64,000 nt of DNA. It comes from Macrostomum lignano. Taxonomy: Eukaryota. Below, in pieces: positions 1-12,061 of the stretch. Position 1 is the stretch's first letter. Each line of letters opens with the position of its first letter. The stretch is taken from positions 1 to 64,000 of the forward strand of contig NIVC01000194.1 of the NCBI GenBank assembly GCA_002269645.1, read 5' to 3'. The position numbers and the translations under genes were made by a program. The notes beneath the pieces were generated by a model. It was given only the letters and a program-made list of their open reading frames with translations. It was not told the DNA's origin and did no database searches.

Positions 1-250
1 TTCTTAATTAATCAGTCTCATTTTTGTGATGAGCTGCCAGTCCCAGCGCATTCTGCATGGTTGCCAACTGAGGACTGATTCCACTGGAGCTGCGCCCAGC
101 TTCCTGGGAAATGCCGAGGACCCCTCCCCCCTAGACGACCTCATCACCGACATTGGCTGCCCATGCCAATAGAAATTTTGATCAGAATTTTAATAATATT
201 GAGAAAACTCGCATCCGACTGACACCCGCAGCTGGTCCGAGGCGGCTTAC

Positions 251-282
251 CTGCATCTCCAGCTGGCGCCCTGCGGCTCGAA
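251..282 (-). CDS. PDE4: PDE4 small internal exon (linker after UCR1), about S-SSRRAPAGDA
   Basis: Minus strand attttcag|TTCGAG...ATGCAG|gtaagc; 32 nt; phase 2 in matches the 1809-1931 exon. The gene continues off the left edge. Confidence 0.5.
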
Positions 283-299
283 CTGAAAATTCAATGAAA

Positions 300-980
300 A
301 GTACGCATGAGGAAACCGCATGAGGAATCTGCAGCTGCGGTAGGGGAGGGCGGGAAACTGCATGAGGAATCTGCAGCTGCGTTAGGGAGGGCGGAAAACT
401 GCATGAGGAATCTGCAGCTGCGGTAGGGGAGGGCGGGAAACTGCATGAGGAATCTGCAGCTGCGGTAGGGAGGGCGGGAAACTGCATGAGGAATCTGCAG
501 CTGCGGTAGGGAGGGCGGGAAACTGCATGAGGAATCTGCAGCTGCGGTAGGGAGGGCGGGAAACTGCATGAGGAATCTGCAGCTGCGTTAGGGAGGGCGG
601 GAAACTGCATGAGGAATCTGCAGCTGCGGTAGGGGAGGGCGGGAAACTGCATGAGGAATCTGCAGCTGCGGTAGGGAGGGCGGGAAACTGCATGAGGAAT
701 CTGCAGCTGCGTTAGGGAGGGCGGAAACTGCATGAGGAATCTGCAGCTGCGGTAGGGGAGGGCGGGAACTGCATGAGGAATCTGCAGCTGCGGTAGGGAG
801 GGCGGGAAACTGCATGAGGAATCTGCAGCTGCGTTAGGGGAGGGCGGGAAACTGCATGAGGAATCTGCAGCTGCGGTAGGGGAGGGCGGGAAACTGCATG
901 AGGAATCTGCAGCTGCGGTAGGGGAGGGCGGGAAACTGCATGAGGAATCTGCAGCTGCGGTAGGGAGGGAGGGAAACTGC
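300..980. repeat. 41-42-bp minisatellite in PDE4 intron (gaaactgcatgaggaatctgcagctgcggtagggagggcgg)
   Basis: ~16 visible tandem copies. Confidence 0.95.
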
Positions 981-1808
981 ACGCGGCAGGTTAATTTGTT
1001 TCATTTTCATTCCGCTGCACAAAACCTGCACTGAAGAGGCGGCACACACGCTGAGATTGCGGGCGAGAAGAGGCCTCTAAACCCCCCATTCCCGAAAGCC
1101 AGAGGCAGTTGAATGGAGCTCTGAGCAGTCGACTCAAGTCACAGAGGCCAGGCCGCGTAGAGTTCATAAAGCAAAAAATGCTCAACACAGAGAGAAAGGG
1201 CCGATTGAGAGTTTTAGAGACCGGGCCAGGAGACAAGATAGAGATTGCGCGCAGGCTGCAGCCCCGGGCCGCTCATGAACGGCCGGGCTGGGGGGAGGGC
1301 GACAAGTCCGCAAAGTTTATTTTTAGCAACTTGTGACGCCAGCGCTGAGTAGTCAGGAGAGGCTGAGAGCGGGCAGGGCGGGCTGCGCTCTCAGCGCTTC
1401 CAAAAACTCCACCGCATCTCAGCGATGGAGTCAGGGAGAGAGCGAGAGAGGCTGGGTGAGGCTGTTTTAACGACTGGCTCAGCTTTGCCGACCAGAGCAA
1501 GCGCAACGAGGTGCTTTTTTGTCACAATAGGGCAGGCAAAGGGTGAAGAGAAGGGTCGAAAAAAGCTTGAAAGAAATGGCGCCTTCTTCGAGTCAACAGT
1601 CTCTGGCTGTCCGATGGGGGGATAGAAGTGGATGGCCCGAGTGACACTGTTGTAATGTTTGACTCTTGTCTGCGGCAGGCGGCTATCGCTATCAGGCCTG
1701 GCGTGGTCATAAATCTTCAGCCTTCTCTGTTTGCGTCACGCCGCGGGGGGGCACGCAGTTGCACAATGGCCAAAGCGATTCTTGAGTCAATTAAGCTCCG
1801 CTGCTCAC

Positions 1809-1931
1809 CTGTGATTCTGCGCCGGTGCCGGCCGCCCGCCGCCGCTTGTCATCGTCCGAACACTGTCGTACACGGAGCGCAGGGTGTGCAGCACCTGGGC
1901 GAACGGCGTCACAATGACTTCGTCGGACTGC
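1809..1931 (-). CDS. PDE4: PDE4 exon encoding the C-terminal half of UCR1 (QSDEVIVTPFAQVLHTLRSVYDSVRTMT)
   Basis: Matches the PDE4 UCR1 motif GDDLIVTPFAQVLASLRSVR; acceptor tttcag, donor gtgagc; 123 nt, phase 2-2. Confidence 0.9.
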
Positions 1932-2819
1932 CTGAAAATGTACAGCGAGCCGCGGCGTGAGGAGGCCAGGGCTGCCGCCGCCGCATCCACGCCCGCCCCG
2001 CCGCTGCGCCGACACTGCCGCTGCCAGGCCAAGAGCGGCCCGGCAGGTCCGGCAGCTGGTCCTCCTCTTCGTCGGAGTCGGCCGGCGGCAGCGGCTCGAT
2101 GGCCAGCACGGGCAGCGAGCTCCCCGCCTGTGGCTGCTGCTGCTGCTGCTGCTGATGCATGTCAGCCTGGGGGCGCCGCTCTCCAGCATGGAGGCAACTC
2201 GCCTTCCCAGGGATCTATTGACGGGATTCCAACTGCTGTCTTCTCCTCTCTCCCTTTCTCCCAATTGAATTTGGCAGCCTTGTGAGTCCGGGGAAAAAAC
2301 AGAGCGCGGGAGACTGAAGACAGCGGGACCTCGGGGTCGGCTTGAAAAGAAAAAAATCTCTGGCGGAGGCGGCCGAGGAAGCGCTGGTGAGCTGGCTGTG
2401 CAGATGAGCTGCAAAGACAAGACAAGCCACTGGGGTTTTGTGCTTTGCTCAGCAATTGTGGACTTAGAGAGAGGGCCGGCTGCCTGTCACTGGATGAGGC
2501 TGGAGGGTGGGCGGGGTGGCTGCGCAGACTCAGATAGAGAGCTGGCCTGGCTGAGCTGAGCTGAGCTGGGCTGGGCTGAGCTGGGCTGCATTGGGCCGTC
2601 TATCAGACTGTCGGGGTTCAGGGAGCCTGAAGATACCTAAAGATGTTCTTAATGTCAGCTGCTTCACTGTGAGAAAGCAATTAAGATTCTTTTTAAAGAG
2701 GAAAAGTGAAAGTTTTAACGAGTCAAAAGTGTCGGGAAGTGTCAGGGGGCCAGAAGTCAAAGAATTAAGGGGGAGTAAATGAACGCTTTGAAGCGTCAGA
2801 ATCAAAAAGGATTACGGAG

Positions 2820-2826
2820 AGTCAAA

Positions 2827-2886
<60 letters not shown>

Positions 2887-4400
2887 AAAATCCAAGAAGG
2901 GTAAGGAATTGGGTAAGGGAGAGTCAGGAGAGTCAGAAAGGGTAAGGGAGAGTCAGGAGAGTCAGAAAGGGTAAGGGAGAGTCAGGAGAGTCAGAAAGGG
3001 TAAGGGAGAGTCAGGAGAGTCAGAAAGGGTAAGGGAGAGTCAGAAACAGTTATAAATAGCCAGAAAGAGTCACAGAGAGAGAGTCTGGAGTAGTCAGAAA
3101 AAGTCAGTAAGAGTCAGTAAGAGTCTGGGAGAGTCAAAGAGAGTCAGAAAGCATCGGAGAAAGTCAGGAACAGTCAGAGAGAGTCAGGAAGAATTAGAGA
3201 GAGTCAGGAGTAGTCAGAGTGAGTCAGGGAGAGTCAGGAAGAGTCAGAGAGAGTCAGGAGTAGTCAGGGTGAGTCAGGGAGAGTCAGGAAGAGTCAGAAA
3301 GAGTCAGGAGTAGTCAGGGTGAGTCAGGGAGAGTCAGGAAGAATTAGAGAGAGTCAGGAGTAGTCAGAGTGAGTCAGGGAGAGTCAGGAAGAGTCAGAGA
3401 GAGTCAGGAGTAGTCAGGGTGAGTCAGGGAGAGTCAGGAAGAGTCAGAGAGAGTCAGGAGTAGTCAGAGTGAGTCAGGGAGAGTCAGGAAGAGTCAGAGA
3501 GAGTCAGGAGTAGTCAGGGTGAGTCAGGGAGAGTCAGGAAGAGTCAGAGAGAGTCAGGAGTAGTCAGAGTGAGTCAGGGAGAGTCAGGAAGAGTCAGAGA
3601 GAGTCAGGAGTAGTCAGGGTGCGTCAGGGAGAGTCAGGAAGAATCAGAGAGAGTCAGGAGTAGTCAGAGTGAGTCAAAGAGAGTCAGGAAGAGTCAGAGA
3701 GAGTCAGGAGTAGTCAGGGTGAGTCAGGGAGAGTCAGGAAGAGTCAGAGAGAGTCAGGAGTAGTCAGGGTGAGTCAGGGAGAGTCAGGAAGAGTCAGAGA
3801 GAGTCAGGAGTAGTCAGAGTGAGTCAGGGAGAGTCAGGAAGAGTCAGAGAGAGTCAGGAGTAGTCAGAGTGAGTCAGGGAGAGTCAGGAAGAGTCAGAGA
3901 GAGTCAGGAGTAGTCAGAGTGAGTCAGGGAGAGTCAGGAAGAGTCAGAGAGAGTCAGGAGTAGTCAGAGTGAGTCAGGGAGAGTCAGGAAGAGTCAGAGA
4001 GAGTCAGGAGTAGTCAGAGTGAGTCAGGGAGAGTCAGGAAGAGTCAGAGAGAGTCAGGAGTAGTCAGGGTGAGTCAGGGAGAGTCAGGAAGAGTCAGAGA
4101 GAGTTAGGAGTAGTCAGAGTGAGTCAGGGAGAGTCAGGAAGAGTCAGAGAGAGTCAGGAGTAGTCAGGGTGAGTCAGGGAGAGTCAGGAAGAATTAGAGA
4201 GAGTCAGGAGTAGTCAGAGTGAGTCAGGGAGAGTCAGGAAGAGTCAGAGAGAGTCAGGAGTAGTCAGGGTGAGTCAGGGAGAGTCAGGAAGAGTCAGAGA
4301 GAGTCAGGAGTAGTCAGAGGGAGTCAGGGAGAATCAGAGAGAGTCAGAGAGAGAGTCCGTAAGAGTCCAGGGAGAGTCAGGGAGAGTCCGGAAGAGTCAG
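2820..4400. repeat. (GA)n plus GAGTCAGG-based array (10-bp subunits, 50-bp higher-order unit)
   Basis: gagtcaggaa gagtcagaga gagtcaggag tagtcagagt gagtcaggga repeated. Confidence 0.95.
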
Positions 4401-4982
4401 AATAACTACCAACAGACCGAGTGAGAGGGAGAGAGAGAAGGAGAGCAGAGAGCGAGGTGCGGGGCACCCGTCACGACCGAGCGGTCTCCTCCGAGCGCAA
4501 TCGATTCGGGGGGGGGGGAATTGATTCCTTCGATCTCCAGCGACTCTCCTTCCCCTGCCCTGCTCATCGAGTGCGGAGGGACTCGAAGGCAGAATACAAA
4601 AATACGGGAGGCCTGGCGCCGGGCCAGTCAGAAGTTGCGTCCCGGCTTCCCCAGCTGCAGCACGGCAGGCTCCACTTGGAATTTGCAATCAGCACTTTCT
4701 GAGCTGTGGCTGGGGCTGCATGGGAGCTGGCGCGGGAGAGGCTGAAGTGGCGACCGCCCACCCCGTCGCACCGCTGTGTTTTAAGGTCACTGGGGTTAAA
4801 CCGTCTTGAGAGTGAGAGGGGGAGAGAATTGCCAGACTCAGGCGGACCTCAATAGACGCAGAGGGGCCCCGGCACTCCGCCTCAGCCAGGAATTCTCTCA
4901 GCTGCTGCTGGCAAGGGTGTTGCTAAGCTGCACCAACTCTTGTCTCTGCAGGGCTGCTCAATTAGCTTCTTAATGCGCTCAC

Positions 4983-5012
4983 CGCCTTGTAGATACTACT
5001 GGCCTTGCGGAC
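4983..5012 (-). CDS. PDE4: Candidate 30-nt cassette micro-exon inside PDE4 UCR1 (SARPVVSTR)
   Basis: tatcag|GTCCGC...AAGGCG|gtgagc; symmetric phase 2-2; open in the required frame. Confidence 0.4.
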
Positions 5013-5407
5013 CTGATAGTAGTCTGGCAAGTACATTTACAGCGATGTAAAATATTTGGGACAGCTGAAGTATTCAACAGTCCACTCGAGAAGGTTGAGG
5101 CTTGCTGCCCTTTGTTGTAGAGGGGAAGAGGAAGGTGAAGGAAAGGGGGAGAGGAGGGTGAAAAAGAGGATGAGGAGGAGGGCGAAGGAGAGAGTAGAGG
5201 TGAAGAGGAGAGTGAATGGGAGAGTGAAAAGGAGAGTGAAGCAAAGGGCAAATAATAGGGTAAAGAGGAAGTTAAAGAGGAGGGTAAAGAGAGGCGAAGA
5301 AAAATTTGCTATTTTCTGTGCAAATCTGCACTACTGACATACACAGTAAATGAGTAGTGCAAAAAGCGCATGAGAACCGAAATCAAATAGAAATTGGTGG
5401 GCCTCAC

Positions 5408-5583
5408 TGATCGCTGGCCAAGGAGGAGTGCCGGGATGAGCGCCGGACACGTCAAAGTCTGAGTCGGACCGGTACAGGAAGGACTCGCGCCGCAGGTGTG
5501 GCAGATGATGAAGCACCAAGGCCGCATGTCCGGGAAGCTGGGCCTGCTGCTGATGCTGGGACTGCTGCAAATTCTCCTCGAAG
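5408..5583 (-). CDS. PDE4: PDE4 first common long-form exon (SFEEN...RRESFLYRSDSDFDV / SRHSSLASD), with a 1-nt frameshift
   Basis: RRESFLYRSDSD is the UCR1 PKA-site signature; acceptor ttttcaccccgcag|C, donor CA|gtgagg; 176 nt, where 177 would keep frame. Confidence 0.9.
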
Positions 5584-6194
5584 CTGCGGGGTGAAAATTC
5601 GATACTCGGTACTTGAGAGAGGCGGTTTGAGCTCACTCGATCTCCATCGCGCTCCGCCTCTGCCTCATCCTCCCAGAATCCGGATGGAGTCGGTTTGATG
5701 AGGCAGACCGCCCCCTGCCCAGCCTCCGCCATTAGCGCTGAGGGGGTTGTTGTCCATGTGAATCGGACGCAGAGAATTTACTGCAATCGGAGCGGCCGAA
5801 ATTTTAAAGCATCCCCGGAACTGCCCGACTGCAGCTTGTCAGCTGGGTGGCCCCGGGCGTCGCTGCCCTGCCTGTTTTATTGCATTTTACAGTGGGATTT
5901 TCAACCCAGCAGCCACCGAGTTCCCCATACTCCAGCCATGTCAGGTCGATCTTTTTTAGCAGAAAATATCTCTCCAAGCTTTTCGGGAAAAGATTCTGCA
6001 ACACGAAAGTGGAAAGTCTCTGCGATTTGCATAGTGAAATCCCCCAGAAGCCCCGCATGCTGCCTGCGAGTTGAGCAGGTCAGGGAGAGGATTTTAATTG
6101 GCTTCAGCTGGCCTGCGCACTGCCGACATCAGCGGCTTTGCTTCATTAAGCCCCATGGGACCTGGATACCCTCTGATAGGGTCACTCGGATGTG

Positions 6195-6328
6195 ACAAGA
6201 AGAGAGTGCTCTTCAGAGAGTCACTCCTGCAGGTGTGACAAAAGAGACAGTGCTCTTCAGAGAGTCACTCACCGCAGGTGTGACAAGAGACAGTGCTCTT
6301 CAGAGAGTCACTCACCTGCAGGTATGAC

Positions 6329-6414
<86 letters not shown>

Positions 6415-6745
6415 AGAGTGCTCAGAGTCACTCACCAGCAGGTGTGACAAGAAAGAGAGAGAGAGAGAGTGCTCTTCAGAGAGTCACTCACCAGCAGGTG
6501 TGACAGGAAAGAGAGAGAGAGTGCTCTTCAGAGAGTCACTCACCAGCAGGTGTGCCAAGAAAGAGAGAGAGAGAGCGTGAGTGCTCTTCAGAGAGTCACT
6601 CACCAGCAGGTGTGACAAGAAAGAGAGAGAGTGCGAGAGTGCTCTTCTGAGAGTCACTCACCAGCAGGTGTGACAGGAAAGAGAGAGAGAGAGAGAGAGC
6701 GAGAGTGCTCTTCAGAGAGTCACTCACCAGCAGGTGTGACAAGAG
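6195..6745. repeat. Minisatellite built from the exon end and donor of the 6728-6924 exon, with (GA)n spacers
   Basis: gagtgctcttcagagagtcactcaccagcaggtgtgacaag recurs ~9 times. Confidence 0.9.
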
Positions 6746-6924
6746 TGCCTCCTGCCGCCAGGACACGGTAGATGTGGCGCCTGCACCCCCTCCCGATGCC
6801 CGGCTGTCTCAGCAGCCGCCGCCGCCACGGACCTGCAGTGCGGCTCAAAGCGAACCCGCCGTGGCCCAGTCAGGCCGGCCAAGTCCGCCTGGCCAGCGCT
6901 TGCCGCAGCGGTTCGCGACAGCAT
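6728..6924 (-). CDS. PDE4: PDE4 alternative first exon (MLSRT...GGRRHSCHTC)
   Basis: ORF ending TG|gtgagt (phase 2); RRHS motif as in the N-termini of some PDE4 long forms. Confidence 0.6.
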
Positions 6925-7929
6925 CTGCCAGTCCTGACGTTGTGATTGATGCGGCTGAGCCAGGATGCTGGTTATCTGATCCGGCCGCTGTCTCCAAGTC
7001 TTGTCTTCCTTTTGTATCGCCCTGCCACAGCCCCCGCTTCCGCTATCGCCCCCCGCAGCCTCCCCGCCACCCCTGCCCGCCCAGGCCGCTGCACAGCCGC
7101 TCCGCCATTGGGCAGACGGGGCTGCGACTCGCTCAATTTTTGACTGGGGAGCCGGGGAGTCCCAGCTGCTGCTGCTGCTGCTGCTGCGGGTGCTGCTGCT
7201 GCGGGTGCTGCTGCTGCGGGTGCAAACCCGGCAGAGAAGGAAACCGGAGCCAGAGCCTCTCCCGTTTCGCTGCTCTTCTTAGCCCCCTTATTTTCTTTTA
7301 CATCTTGGAAGAGGCGGAGGAGGAGGTGAGAAATTGTATGGGGGATCCTGCGAGACTTGCAGGCTGAGTTGCTGCTCGCAGAGCAAGCAGAGAGCGACGA
7401 CTGAGTAGCGGAGGGCGCGGCGCCACTTCGCTAAACACGGGGCCTTCAGCCGTGCTGCTCTCATTAATGTTTAATCATGACTATTAATTAAGCTGGCTCA
7501 GCTCAGCGACTCCCCTCCCTGAGCAGTCGGATGCCAAAATGGCAGCCGCAGCCTCCTGAAACAACAAACTGTTGGGGCCAGCGCGATAATCCGCTGCGAA
7601 ATCCCGGTGGATCTGCCTTCAATCAGATCCTCACCCGAGGGATTCCCTGGGGCTTCTTAAATAGAAATGCCAATAGTCGCAGGCAGCTACTGCGCAGTAG
7701 CGAACTAAGAAATTCGTTAGATTAAGGGCTGGTTCCAACCAAGGATGACCGCGAGCTGAACTCTTTGGAGGATTTGAGCGTTTGCTCAAACTCTGCTTGA
7801 GAACAGAAGTAAGCCTTCGACAGAGCATTGAAGCCCAGCTCGGAGAAAAAGAGTCACCAGAGGGAGACATGGGGACGTTTATTTAATGGAGACCAGAGTG
7901 GGTGAACAGGAGGGGTAAAGACGAGTGGA

Positions 7930-9470
7930 AAGAGAGGGGAGGAGGGGGAGAGAGCAGGGGACAGGGGGGAGAGGAGGAAAGATGAGGGGAGATGGGGGTA
8001 GAGGAGGGGAGAGGAGGGGAGAGGAGGGCAGAGGAGGGGAGAGGAGGGCAGAGGAGGGGAGAGGAGGGCAGAGGAGGGCAGAGGAGGGGAGAGGAGGAAA
8101 GATGAGGGAGATGGGGGTAGAGGAGGGGAGAGGAGGGCAGAGGAGGGCAGAGGAGGGGAGAGGAGGGGAGAGGAGGGGAGAGGAGGGGAGAGGAGGGCAG
8201 AGGAGGGGAGAGGAGAGTAGAGGAGGGGAGAGGAGGGAAGATGAGGGGAGATGAGGGTAGAGGACGAGAGAGGAAGGTAGAGGAGAGTAGAGAAGGGGAG
8301 AGGAGGGAAGATGAGGGGAGATGAGGGTAGAGGACGGGAGAGGAAGGTAGAGGAGAGTAGAGGAGGGGAGAGGAGGGTAGAGGAGGGGAGAGGGGGGCAG
8401 AGGAGGGAAGAGGAAGGTAGAGGAGAGTAGAGGAGGGGAGAGGAGTGCAGAGGAGGGGAGAGGAAGGTAGAGTAGGGTAGAGGAGGGGAGAGGAGGGGAG
8501 AGGATGGGAGAGGAAGGTAGAGTAGGGTAGACGAGGGGAGAGGAGGGGAGAGGATGGGAGAGGAAGGTAGAGTAGGGTAGACGAGGGGAGAGGAGGGGAG
8601 AGGATGGGAGAGGAAGGTAGAGTAGGGTAGACGAGGGGAGAGGAGGGGAGAGGAGGCGAAGAGGAGGGTAAACTGGCAGGTGTAAATGAGGTCAGAATGA
8701 TGAAGAGGAGAGTGAAGTGGAAGGTGAAGAGGGGGGTGAAAATGAGAATGGAGAGGAGGGTAGAGAGGATGGTGGAGAGGAGGGTGGAGAGGAGGGTGAA
8801 GAGGAGGGTGGAGAGGAGGGTGGAGAGGAGGGTGGAGAGGAGGGTAGAGAGGAGGGTAGAGAGGATGGTGGAGAGGAGGGTGGAGAGAAGGGTGGAGAGG
8901 AGGGTGGAGAGGAGGGTGGAGAGGAGGGTGGAGAGGAGGGTGGAGAGGAGGGTGGAGAGGAGGGTGAAGAGGAGGGTGGAGAGGAGGGTAGAGAGGAGGG
9001 TAGAGAGGAGGGTGGAGAGGAGGGTAGAGAGGATGGTGGAGAGGATGGTGGAGAGGAGGGTGGAGAGGAGGGTAGAGAGGAGGGTGGAGAGGAGGGTGGA
9101 GAGGAGGTGGAGAGGAGGGTGGAGAGGAGGGTGGAGAGGATGGTGGAGAGGAGGGTGGAGAGGAGGGTAGAGAGGAGGGTGGAGAGGAGGGTGGAGAGGA
9201 GGGTAGAGAGGAGGGTGGAGAGGATGGTGGAGAGGATGGTGGAGAGGAGGGTGGAGAGGAGGGTAGAGAGGAGGGTGGAGAGGAGGGTAGAGAGGAGGGT
9301 GGAGAGGAGGGTAGAGAGGAGGGTAGAGAGGAGGGTAGAGAGGAGGGTGGAGAGGAGGGTGGAGAGGAGGGTAGAGAGGAGGGTAGAGAGGAGGGTGGAG
9401 AGGAGGGTAGAGAGGATGGTGGAGAGGAGGGTAGAGAGGAGGGTGGAGAGGAGGTGGAGAGGAGGGTGAA
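7930..9470. repeat. Purine-rich low-complexity arrays (aggaggggag-type, then 12-bp ggagaggagggt)
   Basis: Direct inspection. Confidence 0.95.
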
Positions 9471-9929
9471 AATGAATCAAAAGCGCACAGAGCACAAGCA
9501 GCCGTGATTGCAGGCTAAATGCAGGCCCAGAGCTGCTTGCTCAATTGCGCTCTATTCAAGTGGAGCTGTAGGACTGTTTTGCAACAGAAGATTGGTTTGA
9601 CCAATTTATCCCAGAAGCAGCTGGATATCGGGCTCCGGATTGGCATCTAGCATCATCTTGTTATCCACCCAGAAGCTGCTCTCGTCTCCTATTTTCCAAA
9701 TTGGATATTGACGGCATCAGTTAGCCACAGGACCACCTGAGTAGGGACTGGTTTGAGAGCAGATCGTTTCCTCCGATGTGAATAAATATTTAGACACTTG
9801 GGACCTCTCTACTTCCAGTAGGCAATGCACGAAGATTAGACATAGGATTATTTTTGCAATGGATGACCAAATATTTGGGAGGGTTGATCAGCGAAGGTGT
9901 GAGAGAAAGACAGAGTCAATCTACCCCAA

Positions 9930-11440
9930 CCATGTTGGCTAGATTAGCAATCCATCCAAATCCACAATCGATGTTGGCTAGATTAGAAATCCATCCAAAT
10001 CCTCCATTCCATGTTGGCTAGATTAGCAATCCATCCAAATCCCACAATCGATGTTGGCTAGATTAGCAATCCATTCTATTCCTTCACCCAAGTTGGCTAG
10101 ATTAGCAATCCGCTCTATTCCTTCACCCATGTTGGCTAGATTAGCAATCCGCTCTATTCCTTCACCCAAGTTGGCTAGATTAGCAATCCGCTCTATTCCT
10201 TCACCCATGTTGGCTAGATTAGCAATCCGCTCTATTCCTTCACCCATGTTGGCTAGATTAGCAATCCGCTCTATTCCTTCACCCAAGTTGGCTAGATTAG
10301 CAATCCGCTCTATTCCTTCACCCATGTTGGCTAGATTAGCAATCCGCTCTATTCCTTCACCCATGTTGGCTAGATTAGCAATCAGCTCTATTCCTTCACC
10401 CAAGTTGGCTAGATTAGCAATCCACTCTATTCCTTCATCCAAGTTGGCTAGATTAGCAATCCACTCTATTCCTTCACCCATGTTGGCTAGATTAGCAATC
10501 CGCTCTATTCCTTCACCCAAGTTGGCTAGATTAGCAATCAGCTCTATTCCTTCACCCATGTTGGCTAGATTAGCAATCCACTCTATTCCTTCACCCATGT
10601 TGGCTAGATTAGCAATCCACTCTATTCCTTTACCCATGTTGGCTAGATTAGCAATCCATTCTATTCCTTCACCCATGTTGGCTAGATTAGCAATCCACTC
10701 TATTCCTTTACCCATGTTGGCTAGATTAGCAATCCACTCTATTCCTTTACCCATGTTGGCTAGATTAGCAATCCGCTCTATTCCTTCACCCATGTTGGCT
10801 AGATTAGCAATCCACTCTATTCCTTTACCCATGTTGGCTAGATTAGCAATCCACTCTATTCCTTCACCCATGTTGGCTAGATTAGCAATCCACTCTATTC
10901 CTTTACCCATGTTGGCTAGATTAGCAATCCGCTCTATTCCTTCACCCATGTTGGCTAGATTAGCAATCAGCTCTATTCCTTCACCCATGTTGGCTAGATT
11001 AGCAATCAGCTCTATTCCTTCACCCATGTTGGCTAGATTAGCAATCCGCTCTATTCCTTCATCCATGTTGGCTAGATTAGCAATCCACTCTATTCCTTCA
11101 CCCATGTTGGCTAGATTAGCAATCCGCTCTATTCCTTCACCCATGTTGGCTAGATTAGCAATCCGCTCTATTCCTTCACCCATGTTGGCTAGATTAGCAA
11201 TCCGCTCTATTCCTTCATCCATGTTGGCTAGATTAGCAATCCACTCTATTCCTTCACCCATGTTGGCTAGATTAGCAATCCGCTCTATTCCTTCACCCAT
11301 GTTGGCTAGATTAGCAATCCGCTCTATTCCTTCACCCAAGTTGGCTAGATTAGCAATCAGCTCTATTCCTTCACCCATGTTGGCTAGATTAGCAATCCAT
11401 TCTATTCCTTCATCCATGTTGGCTAGATTAGCAATCCACT
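9930..11440. repeat. 39-bp minisatellite (tctattccttcacccatgttggctagattagcaatccgc)
   Basis: 13-aa periodicity in the shadow ORFs. Confidence 0.97.
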
Positions 11441-12061
11441 CCAGTTCTTCAGCGCACATGCAGTGGCAAAGTTCATCAGCAGCAAATCTGGGTCCTTGGA
11501 CTGTGCGCTGCTTTTGTGCAGCCCACTACTGCACAACGAACTGCAGCAGGGCACTGCATCGTAGCTCCTCCTCTTCCCCTTAGCTTGCGCCGAGATGAAG
11601 CCGGTCAGCTCGGGTCCGCGGCACGCCCTCCCTCCCCTCGCCGCCGTCTCGGATCTCTCATTCCGCATTGCCGCAGTCCGCAATTGCCAAATCAATGCGG
11701 CATTTTGCCTGCCGAGCCTCGGCACTTAACTGCTCTCGGCCGCTGTGCCCCCCCCCCGCTGTGCCCCCCGCTGTGCCTCCCGCTGTGCCTCCCGCTGTAC
11801 CCCCCCCCCACCGTAAGCTGAGACAGGCTCGGCCAGCTCTGCGGTCACCAGTTTCGAGCAGAAGCACATCTGGGGCAATCGCTCGGGATGAAATTTGCCG
11901 TATTAATTATTCAGGAGCTCTCAGGAATCGGCAATCAAGCTGCCAATGTGACACTGGCAGATTGATTAGATAAGTGACCGGTTCTGGGATGACCTGGTAT
12001 AGCTTATCATTAATATCGTTGAAGCACGAATGCAAGTGCAACGAGCTCTTGTTTAAAACTG

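Noticed and set aside
11423-11725. Another PDE4 first exon (…KRRSYDAVPCCSS…)
   Set aside because: GC-rich and exon-like, but I found no phase-2 donor; it may be UTR or need a sequence correction.
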